Part shown: positions 26,323-37,474 of the stretch, in pieces
How the letters are laid out: each line of letters begins with the position of its first letter
Numbering within the stretch: position 1 is the stretch's first letter
Origin: Rhina ancylostomus
Lineage: Eukaryota
Assembly: GCA_030265395.1 (NCBI GenBank)
Contig: JARFYF010000001.1
Coordinates: 115,741,730-115,805,729 of the forward strand
Direction: 5' to 3'
Length of the DNA: 64,000 bases
Made by a program: the position numbers and the translations under genes
The notes under the pieces: model-generated
Told to the model about the DNA's origin: nothing
Database searches by the model: none
Seen by the model: only the letters and a program-made list of their open reading frames with translations

Positions 26323-28968
26323 GTGAGTCTGTGGAACTACTACTGTCTTTTGCTTAAAGGAAAAATTTTGCTGTATTGTTTGTTAACTGAAATAATCTAT
26401 CATGTCTTAAATATAATATTTTGAAAATGCCAAGTTGAATATTTTGTTGCAAATGTTTCAGAATTTATTCTAGATAAAAGTAAACATAACTGTAGAGATA
26501 AACATAAATGCTTTAAGAATTCATTCCAAGTAACTAAATGTTTTATTTTCATTCCAAAAAATCCAAATAAATAAATCTCTTTGTGAAATAAAAATTTAAG
26601 TCGTGTACAATAAAAATATCATAGAACTTTTTATGAAGAGTAAGAATTAGTTTGTATGTTTTGTTGTGCTTTTTAGTAGACTGATGTAATGGGTCATAAT
26701 TTTGAAAGCTGCAACTCCCTAATAATGTATCCAGAGTTAAAGATAGTTTCCTCAGTGAAGATTTTTGGAACTTGGTATTAAATATTTCTGAATTGCATTT
26801 GTTTGTGCATGAGTCTGGTGCATGAAGCTTTCAGTGTGCCTGACTGTTGAAATACAATGAAACCTAAACCCTTTTGGCCTATTTAACTGACAAAAATTGG
26901 ATCTTTTACAAATGATAACTGCCTACTATTGAATGTAATAGTGAGGTGGTACAAAGGTTTGATTATATTTAGAAAACCAATAAACATAGTTTGTATCAAG
27001 GTGATAATCTGGTTTTGCAGTAATTAAGATGCAACTCAAAATTTTCCTTGCGTTTAATCAAAATAAGGTTGTCTTCCCAGCAGAAATTAGGGATAGGAAA
27101 TAAATGCTGGCCTTGCAGGTGATGCCCTTGATAGATTAGAAATAAATCTGTGTAAGCAACAAGAACAAGATTAAGGTACAGAGATGTGTTGGATGCAAGA
27201 GGATGATACTTACTAGATGAAGAAGCCTAGATTGGTTATATTTATCTTGTTAATGTCAAGTAATAATTGCATTGAACATAATTGAACATTAGTACAAGTT
27301 AATAAATATTTTCAAACTATAAAATAATTGCTTTTTTAATATCGTTAACAGAAAGGATAAAAATAATTTCCAAGTTTGAAATATTTAGGGCATAATCCAG
27401 GCCATACAGACTCTTTTATGATTATGCATTATATGTGCACAACAAAATGAGATTTATTAAGTTATCCAAAAGCAAAATATGGAAGATTCTACCAATCTGA
27501 AATTAGAAAAAGAAAATACTGAAAATACTCAACATATAAAGAAGCGTCTGTGGAGGGAGAAACTGAATTAATATTTTGGTTTGATAACCTTTCACCAGAA
27601 TTGGGAAAAGTTTAAAAGTGATATATTTAAATTATTTGAGGTGAGGTTGGAAGTTTCATGAAGTCTTGCTGAACTTGGCATAACTAAGACTGATGGATTT
27701 AAATATGAAATATTCTAGGTATTATCAACTAGCACTATGACAGATAAACTAAAGCAATTTTGGTCTTCCTTGGTGATTTAAGATGATTTCTCAGTGAGTC
27801 ATATAAAAGTAATTCCCAATTTAATGAGATGTATTTGCTAATTTAACTGCTTTCAACTAATGCTTTTGCAATTTTGATTATACTTGTCAAAGGCCTTTAT
27901 CTAGCTTTAGTGTAGTTTGGGGAGGATGGAGGGGAAATTGGCCATGGTGCCTTGTTTTGCTGTTCAGTGACCTCTCTTGCTGGAAATGTAGATATGAATA
28001 CTATCTAGGAGCAGCATAGTGATGGTAATCCCTCATTTCCGCTCTTGGATGACTGGCCTTTAAGTGTCCTACAGTGATATTAGCTGCTTGATCAAGGTAG
28101 AAGGATATTGGTGGATGGAGCTGCAACTCAATGCTGTTCAAATTGGAGAATGGAGAATAAAATAAGCGGAAGAAACTGATGTAGAGATTTGGTTTTTTTT
28201 AAGTTGCCTGTTTCTTTTTCTGATGCTTGTTGAAATCCAAAGTAAAATGATGACCCCCCCAACACTTAAATTGTGTTAATCTTTAAATTTGTGTAGTCCA
28301 CTAGTTACAGAAACATTTTCCACTTGCAAATAAATTTAACTTGAATAGAACTGAATTTGAGAAAAGGTTCAGTATCAATCATATTACAGAAATTTCAAAA
28401 TACACCATCCTTTGCATTCTATTATTTTATAGCTGCAATTGTATTATCTTCTATTCCTTTTCCTTTTTGCTAAATGTAGCTACACCAGAATCATGGGAAT
28501 AGTGGTTGTTGTTCCTTTAGGCCAATTAAGATAAAAATTTTACTTGAGGAATTTGTTGACAAGTACCGATAACTAACCACACAAGGTTTGCTATGTTGTT
28601 AAAATGCTGATTTGTTAGATGTGCAGATTCTTCAAAGAAAATAATTCTATTTTGGTGTATCATATGGCATCTAATATTACTATTCATGATGGGTCTTCTG
28701 AAAAATGAATTCAGTATTTAGTAACAAAATTCTCAACTGCTTGCATACGCTAAATACGTGAGTGGCATTGGGGATTTTTTTCATCTTCCCAGGAAGGTTG
28801 TTTGAACAATACATGGTACATTGCATTCCACCCTGCCCCACCGGCTGTGGCAGAATGGGGAAGCTGGAATGTTTATTATAAGTAGGTATTATAAATTTAA
28901 TTAAAATAAAATAACTTTAAATCTTCTAAATGTAATAAATGTGTGGCAAATTTTCATATCCTAATCAG

Positions 28969-29144
28969 CTAATGATGGAAACTGGCCAACACTCCCACCA
29001 GGATCTGTTACCACAGGGAAACTACCTCCAACAGCAAAAAATGACTGGAAGGAATCCAACATGGATACAGTTTTGAAGCCAGGAATTGGGTCAAGTCAGG
29101 CCCTTTCTACAACGTCAGCTGTTCCAAGCAATGAGAAAATGGTG
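28969..29144 (+). CDS. PPP1R13B: ASPP1 coding exon (ANDGNWPTLPPG...SNEKMV)
   Basis: Acceptor aatcag, donor GTG|gtaggt (alternative GT 3 nt upstream), 176 nt, phase 1-0. Confidence 0.88.
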
Positions 29145-29487
29145 GTAGGTTTTGAACTTCAGAATGTTCTCTGATCCATTTACTATGGAACTTTTTTCCT
29201 ATTTTGATACATCAAAAATAATATCAAGTTTGTGAACTTCAGCTTGTAATATCCTGCTACTTCTCAAAACTAAATTTGTTTTCTTCAGAGTTCAAAGTTT
29301 TATTTAAACATTTTGAAGTGCCTGTGTTACTTAAATAATGTGATTTAATGGTTATTTTCATGCTTTCAGCTGACTTCGAATATTTTCACACATAGCCATT
29401 AATTTCAAATTGGTTAAATTATGTACTGATTTGTTTTGATATTATAAGATAGTTAAAATAGTTTTAACAATATCTTATTTAATTTAG

Positions 29488-30010
29488 GGTATTGAAACAG
29501 GAAGAGTGCCCCCAGCTGCACCTAATGCAGTAAAACAACTGCCTCAATCTTATGGACCTCACCCAAAATCTCTCTTGGCTATTGGCTCTACAAATTCACT
29601 GGAAAGGATGAAAGATACCACTCAGCCTCGACCTAGTATGGGTTCAGTTTCTAACCTAACTACAGAAAACTGGCAAAGGCCTACCCAGCCTCCACCTCCC
29701 ATAAGCACATTTCAAGCTGGTGCCTCGCAACAAATTCAGCAAAGAATTACTGTACCTCCAAGTCCTACTTACCAATCTGTTGGCTCACCATTGTTCCCTA
29801 CTGGAGATAACAGACCTGATCCACCACTAGCAGTAGCTGTAAGACCATTCTTGGCTGATAAAGGCTCTAGACCTCAGTCTCCACGAAAAGGGCCTCAAAC
29901 TGTGAATTCCAGTTCAATTTATTCAATGTACCTTCAACAAGCTACACCGCCAAAGAACTATCAGCAGGCTGCATATAATACCTTAAACAAAACACATACT
30001 GTTAAAGCAA
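29488..30010 (+). CDS. PPP1R13B: ASPP1 coding exon, Pro-rich region (GIETGRVPP...[34 protein letters not shown]...TVKA)
   Basis: Acceptor atttag, donor A|gtaagt, 523 nt, phase 0-1; track ORF 29506-30030. Confidence 0.95.
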
Positions 30011-30113
30011 GTAAGTGGTTTATTGTGTGATTAAAACTATTAATAAATGTATGGAGTTGTGCATATAGCGAATTAGAACTATATTTGGTTAAATAAAGTT
30101 TTCTTCTCTCTAG

Positions 30114-30856
30114 TGTATGGGAAGCCAGTATTGCCATCTGGATCGGGATCTGGTTCTGCTTCACCATCTCCGTTGCCTTTTGCTCATCCCCAGCCTATCC
30201 ACAGTTCCCATCCTCCGACAACTGATGAAATCCAAACAAATGGAAAAGACCCAGAACATGAGAACTTGCCAAGCACCAATTCAAATGTTGAAAACATCCC
30301 ACGTCCTCTCAGTCCTACAAAGCTATTGCCTATTGTGCACTCACCGTTGCGTTATCAGAGTGATGCTGACCTGGAAGTTCTAAGGAAAAAACTGGCTCAT
30401 GCACCAAGACCACTAAAGAAACGCAGTTCCATAACTGAGCCAGAAGGCCCTAGTGGACCAAATATTCAGAAACTGTTATATCAACGTTTTAACACACTAG
30501 CAGGGGGTATGGATAACACACCATTTTACCTCCCCAGTAACTCTCAAGACTTTGTAGGTGCTTTAGCAGATGTTGATAATGGTAACGCCAGCCTAGTGGA
30601 GCCTGGTTCAGTCCAGCCGGAACCAATAACTCAGCTTGAAAATCAACCATCATCAGATGCAAATGATAATCAATTGCCTTCTCCACCGCATTCTGAATTA
30701 ATTCAGACAGATAACAATGACATCCCTGCTACAGTGGAGGACAATAATAATAACCCTGCTGTTGTTCAAACAGAGCAACTACCAAACCCTATAGCAGAGG
30801 CTGTATCACCAGGGGAAGATATTCCTCCACCACCTGCTGTCCCACCACCACCACCT
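30114..30856 (+). CDS. PPP1R13B: ASPP1 coding exon (YGKPVLPSG...[32 protein letters not shown]...PPPPP)
   Basis: Acceptor ctctag, donor CCT|gtaagt, 743 nt, phase 1-0; track ORF 30113-30880. Confidence 0.95.
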
Positions 30857-30939
30857 GTAAGTTTTACTATAATATTATAACTGTAAATAAATGGACCTTG
30901 GTAATATTTTTAAGGCTGCATTCCCTGGGACTAAATGAT

Positions 30940-32630
30940 TTCTAATTGTCCACTCACCTGGGAATAAACTTGGAATGGGAAAGGAAGGATCCAGTTATTG
31001 ATGTCCGAACCGGTGTAGGGCAAATGAGAAGGTTCTGCTGTAGGAATATGAGCAGCTCAGGTCCAATTTTTTAAAAAAAGTGGAACCACCACTTTAATAA
31101 TATCTGGATCACTACCTGAAAAGTTTTCATATTGGCATAGAAGAAATAAGCTCAGCGAATTGCAAGCCTGTTTCAAACATTGATGTGGGCGAACTAGATT
31201 TCAGTGCACACGGCCTTGGAAGAAAGGAACTATTCTATTGGAATGGGCTTTACTAGAATCAAGCTGGGACAAAAGTCGCAGGGAATTGAATAACTAGGGC
31301 TGTAGGTAAGGCTTCAAACTAATGAGAAGGTGGTTTTAGTGAGGGGAAATTTAGAAAGTAAAAATGTAGAGCCTGGGCAGGGTAGCAAAATGGGTGATGC
31401 TAATCAGAGTCTGTCAGGAAGGGAAGTAAAGACTAGCACAAATGTATATATCCGATTAGAGTCGGATCAGGGGAAAAATGGTTGTTAAAACAAAATTAAT
31501 GCTTTATCTGAAAACAGGCAATATTCATAACAAGATCTGTGAATTCATGATGAGAATGATCTGTTAACCTTAAAGAAACATAGGGACTGAATGACTGTTG
31601 TGAAATATTCTAAGCTTAACTTTTGGGCAATATGGAAAAGGATATCTGATGAAGGAATCTAGCATGAAACATCAAGGAGTAGAATCAGTTTGGGATGATA
31701 TGAAACAGCAAGTGCCAGCAAACATGGATGGGAGTTGTAAGTAGGCCCCTAAATGTTATTGTTAATGCAAGGCATAAATTGTGGAATTAGAGGGGCATGT
31801 AAGAACGGTAGTATGATAATTGTGGGGACTTTAAATCTGGGCAAACCAAATTAGCAGTAAAAGTAGATTTCTCAACATATTGGTTTATGAACCTAATGAG
31901 GGAACAAGCTGTTTAAGATCTAGTATTGTCCAAAGAAAATGATTATAATATGGTAAAATTTTATAAAAAGTTTGAAGTGATTTCATTCAATCTGAAATCA
32001 GGGTCTTAAATCTGAATAAAGCAAACTATTAAGGTATGAGGTGGAAGTTGACTAAGATAAGGAAACTACATTAAAAAAAGATGACCGTAAATGAATAATA
32101 GCTAGCACTTAAAGAATTGGTCTACAAGTAATATCTTAATGTAAGGCAAAAGAAGTCCTGCAGGAAAAATGATCCAGCCATAGCTATCATAGGAAATTAA
32201 AGATAGCATTAAATCAGAGGAAAAGGATTAATATTGTCAATAAAAAAAGACTGTATTCCTGAAGGTTGGGGGGGGGAAGAAATTCAGAATTCAACAGAAG
32301 ATCGAGGCAATGATAAGGAAAGGGAAATAATATACATATAGTACAAGAGTAGGCTAGTGGGAAACGCAAAAACAGACTATACTAACCTATAGATATGTAT
32401 TTAGGAAAAGATTAGACAAAGTTAATGTGGGTCTCCTAAAAACTGAGGCTGGAGAAATTAAACTGGGGAGTAATTAAATGGCAGGAAAATTAAACTAACA
32501 AATTTTATCTATCTTGGGGAAAAATGCACAAAGCTGGCTGGAAATGGTGGAGAACAACAGGTTTAGCAAAGAACTTAGCATTAGTTTAAAAAAAAAGCTG
32601 GAGAAATGAATGGGAGTGAAAGTGATAAAT
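30940..32630 (+). mobile_element. Highly decayed CR1-like LINE (ORF1 end, endonuclease, linker)
   Basis: gggagttgtaagtaggccccta (GVxxRP), gtggggactttaa (GDF), gatctagtattgtcc, aatgtgggtctcctaaaa; boundaries approximate. Confidence 0.6.
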
Positions 32631-34334
32631 TAAAATAACTTATCTACTTAATAAAATGTGCTCCTTTTTATCATTAATAATCTTTACTTTCTAGATTTCT
32701 GTCAGTTTTTTAAATCCATGAATCCTTGAAATTGGCATTGGTTTGCTTCATAGGATATACCTATTCTGTTCCTATGCTGTCTCATTTCAAAAAAAAGCTT
32801 TTACACTAAATCTTGTTCTTCGTCAATTTCTTCTTCTACTTGGCACTCTAATTTGCTCCTTGTTTTTCTAAAATCTGCCAAGGCCCAGTCTGATCTAGTT
32901 TTTGTACCTTTTGCTTCCTTCTAATGTTATCTTAGTTCTTGCATTGCACTCCCATTTCTAATTCCGTAACCAGATTTATATCATTATTTATTAGCAGATT
33001 TAGCACTGTTCTGTCCCTCCATGCTTACTAACGTATTGAGGATATCATCCTGATATGGGAATTGTATTCCCTTTACTTCATTTACTCCTCTGTGCTAATC
33101 AAAGAGTGAATTATTTAAAATTTTGTTATCCCAATTGATCTCAGATAGAAGAGACTGACTGGAGACTTTCATTGAAGATTCCCAAATTATGAGATTGAAG
33201 TATACCATTACATATCTTGTAGACCCTTTATTTTTCAGGTTGCATAATTTGTATACTCCTGTCATCAATGTTCTCTTTAGAAATTATCAACATGACTCAC
33301 TGGTAGCTTATCTCTGCACCCTGAATGTATTTATAGGAGAAAATTGAGGTAATGTATTTGGGAAGGAAAAAGTAAAGGAATCCCTATATCCATAAGATAA
33401 ACTTTGAATGAAGGAACAGAGCTACATGTACAATTCCTTGAAAGTGCAGTGAATTAAGCCATTCAAAAAGCCAAAGGAATTGGGCCTTATAAATAAAAGA
33501 CATTTAAGACCATGATATTTCAGTTATTTTGTTGGCTCTGATTTGTCCCTGGGATATGAATTTCATCATAAATATTCTCTAATTTACTCTACTTCCCTCA
33601 ACTATAATTGAGGCACTTTTTTTGGGCATGTTCTAAAAGAGGGAATGACTGTTTTACACTTGAAGGGAAGCAAGTAGATATAGGCTTGTGTGCAGAAAAT
33701 CTTGACCTGTACTGAATTAGCCAATAGTGGGTGCTTCAGTTGGTCTTGGCACTGCCGGGTTAGTGAAGAGATCATTGTAAATACAGTACCTATTCAATTA
33801 GGATAAGGGACAACAAAGTAGAACAACAAACCAATGAAATAGATTTTTCTTTTGTAGTTTTTTTTGACTTGGATATATCACTAATAGGAAGTAATTATAG
33901 TAATGTAATGTTAAATTTGAGCAGCTCATTTGTAGTAATTTGAAGGTGGTTACAATGAAGACACAGCAATTTGTTATCAAATACTGTTTGAGTTTTAATC
34001 TATGATGAGGTTAAATGTGCATGAAAATTGAACAGTTCCTTGAAGGGAATTTTCTTTCTAAGTAGTGATAATAATCTATAAAACATTGCTACAGAGCAGC
34101 AACCTAGACTTGGGTCTTTCTAAGCATCAAGTGTGGAGGTGCACACACCTAAACCATTATGACATTAATCAATTCTACACTTTTGAACTTCAAAGATAAA
34201 ATCACTTTCTCCCATTTTGTAATTGGAAATCTCTTTTGGTGTTTCCTGTCAGAGCTGCGAATAGATGGCTGTTAGAAATCAAGTTACCAATATCCGTTGC
34301 CTGAATTGTTGAATTTTCTTCTATCTTTCCTCAG

Positions 34335-34472
34335 ACTAAACGCACAAATTTAAAAAAGCCTGATTCAGAGAGAACAGGATGTGGAATGAGGGTAAAATTT
34401 GATCCTCTTGCTTTACTGCTAGATGCTTCTTTAGAAGGAGAATTTGATCTTGTGCAACGCATCATTTATGAG
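34335..34472 (+). CDS. PPP1R13B: ASPP1 coding exon with PP1-docking RVxF motif (TKRTNLKK...[30 protein letters not shown])
   Basis: Acceptor cctcag, donor GAG|gtagcc, 138 nt, phase 0-0; RVKF at 34389-34400. Confidence 0.95.
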
Positions 34473-34594
34473 GTAGCCTTTCTCCATTTATTGCACTGTT
34501 ACTTGTTACATTTGGTATTTGGATTTTCTTCATTAGAATGTAATGTTTTGACTGTCACTTGATATGTTCAGCATTCAAAATTTGTTTTGGCCAG

Positions 34595-34728
34595 GTTAAT
34601 GATCCTAGCAGACCTAATGATGAAGGGATTACGCCTTTGCATAATGCAGTTTGTGCTGGTCACCATCACATTGTGAAATTCCTTGTTGATTTTGGTGTAA
34701 ATACAAATGCAGCAGATAGCGATGGATG
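34595..34728 (+). CDS. PPP1R13B: ASPP1 ankyrin-repeat exon ([45 protein letters not shown])
   Basis: Acceptor ggccag, donor TG|gtaaga, 134 nt, phase 0-2; TPLH ankyrin motif. Confidence 0.96.
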
Positions 34729-36514
34729 GTAAGATGCATGCAAATTAAAGTTTACTGTTCATTTCTTGTGTTAACATGAATATTGGTTGAAAATATTATC
34801 TGTAATTTCATGTTTCATTAACCACAATTCAATTTTAAAGTTATTATAATTTTATGTAATGCAGACCTATATTTAAAAAATTCAGGGAGTGGTCTAAATT
34901 AGACATAATATTATAAGCTTTGTCTTTCTGTGAATTTTCTTTCTTTCTTTCTTTCTAACTGTCTCAATCTCTGCTCATACTTTTGCCAGCCTCGCTTTCC
35001 TTATTTCATGATTGATGCTATCTTGGCCTTAGACTCTCTGGACAGGAAAACTTCTTTATCATTACCTTTCTATCAGCCCTTCACTCTTCTGTCTTCTCTC
35101 TGTCTCACACACATTAAAAACATTAAAATTTTCTCAGCCAAACTTTTGGGTAACTGACATCTTTCTCATCCATTTGTTTTTATCCTCTACATAAACTATT
35201 CCATGGTATTTTCCTTATGTAAAGATTTTTGACGCCTGTTGCTATGCATCATTGAAAGCTTCAGTTTTATTTTGTAATCATCTCTGCCCTTGAATACTTT
35301 AGCCGAATTATAGTGAAACAAATTATTTACGAATGGGGCAAGGTGTCAACTTCATCTACACTCTGTTTCAGTACTTAGAAGATAGTTGTGGAATACAACT
35401 TGACCACTTTTTTAAAATTGGAATTGATTGCAACAAATTACAGTGATGCCTGTGTCTATTTAATCCTGTAAGTTAAAAGCAAAATTGCTGGGAAATGGAT
35501 GTTTAAAAAAAACTGTCAATGATTCTCTGTATCTTTGAAGTAAGCTGTTTTGAAATTACAGCTGAGTTGCTGCTGAACTCTTTGTAAGCAAATGAAAGTT
35601 GGAGTAGGTTTTATAAATGTACACATTTACTTAGTATTTTCTAGTACACAGGAGCAGAATAATGGCTGGTGAAACTATACATGCAGCTGCAAATTACTGC
35701 ACATGGCAAAGCAAAGTACGTTTGCTCTGAGATAGCTGAATGTGACTTGGAAATGTTAGATTCAATATTGAACCAATGAAATCAACCAAACTGAAGAATG
35801 CAGTTGAGGACTTATAATTTAATAGTGAAATTAGACAGAGGTATGGTCACATTCTACTTTCATTTAGTTCTGGGCAGAACTATTGCCAAAATCAAAGAAG
35901 AAATGCATGGCTATATCCAAAGTGACACCAGTATAATTTTATAATGCCAACTTTTCTAAACAGTTATCTTCTGCTAGATTGGTGGAGAGGGGGAAAACTG
36001 GCATTTCTGCCTACAGATTTTGTCATCTGTTAAAATGTATCTTTTATTTTGCCTGATAAGTTGGTCTTAGGGTGAGGGATTTCTGATTTTTGCTCCTTGT
36101 GTTAACATTTAATTAAAAGGGATCTGGAAATAATCAGCATCAAGTCTCTGAATAAATGGAGTACATATCCTGTTGAGTGTTGAGTAAAATTTACAAAATT
36201 GCTTTTCTGGAAGGGAAGTTAGTGTTGCTTGTTTTTCTTTCTCCCCAAAGTGATATTTTCCTCCAAATCTAATAACCTATATTTGCTGCCAAAGAATGAT
36301 AAGAACTGAACTGATACCACATGTCATAAATATAGAGCATGTTGAGGAATCTTGTGTTTTAACAGTGAGAAAGCTGTTCCTGTGATTAAACAATTATGGT
36401 CTTCTACATGTGAAAGCATGATTTACATAATTCCAAGATGTATGCTTAACTAACTTGGCATATGAGTGACTTTTATTTTGAAGACTGTCTCAAAATGGAC
36501 TGCTTTTCTTCCAG

Positions 36515-36681
36515 GACACCATTGCACTGTGCTGCTTCGTGCAACAGTGTCCAACTCTGCAAGCTGCTTGTGGAATCTGGTGCTGCTATTTTTGCCACTA
36601 CAATCAGCGATGTTGAAACAGCAGCAGATAAATGTGAGGAAATGGAAGAAGGTTTTGTACAGTGCTCACAGTTCCTTTATG
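36515..36681 (+). CDS. PPP1R13B: ASPP1 ankyrin-repeat exon ([26 protein letters not shown]...CSQFLY)
   Basis: Acceptor ttccag, donor G|gtaagt, 167 nt, phase 2-1. Confidence 0.96.
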
Positions 36682-37474
36682 GTAAGTATCTGTAAATTTG
36701 GTGGTGTATCTCTTACAAAAATGTATCACATTTTTGGGTGAACAGTCAACCTCTCTTTAAATTCTGACGAAATAACCCAAGTTGTATTTATTAAAGATTT
36801 CTCCACCACATGTCCAATCCTCTTGCTCTGCACTGAGCCAAGGCAGTATCATAGACACAAAATGCTGGAAATACTCAGCAGGTCAGAAAAAGAGTTAGTT
36901 AGTTGTGATGAGATTTCACTGACATAAAATGTATAGTTTCTCACTCCACAGATGCTGATTGACCTGCGGAATATTTTCAGAATTTGTGTCTGCAATGTTT
37001 TTGACGACTATTATATCTTGATAGATGCAGTGATACTTTCCTTTCCTACATACTGTCCAGTCTCTGCTTTGATGATTCTCTCAAACTTGCTGTGTTCAGA
37101 ATTTATCAGTCACATCAGTGTCAGATGTTATGTTCAGGAAGCTTGCACACACAAGATATCTCTACCATGTATTATTTTGCATATGTTTGGCTTATGATAG
37201 CAGATGTAAATGAGTTATTAATGTAAATCAGTGTCATTAGAACTATATTCTACAGAGTTTGACTCCTCAATTGTGAAGGTCAGTTTTGAGTAGATGACTA
37301 GAGCAATGAGCAATCCCTTTTTCTTAGGCTACTACGACTACTTCTATTTAGAGGGAAGCAAGAGAATTATTTCTATCCATTTCTTATTCTGGACAGTATC
37401 AGCCCAGAGTTTAAGCTATGCATGTTTTGGAAAGAGGCAAAAATATGTACTTGGCCTTGTAGGCAGGACTTTAC

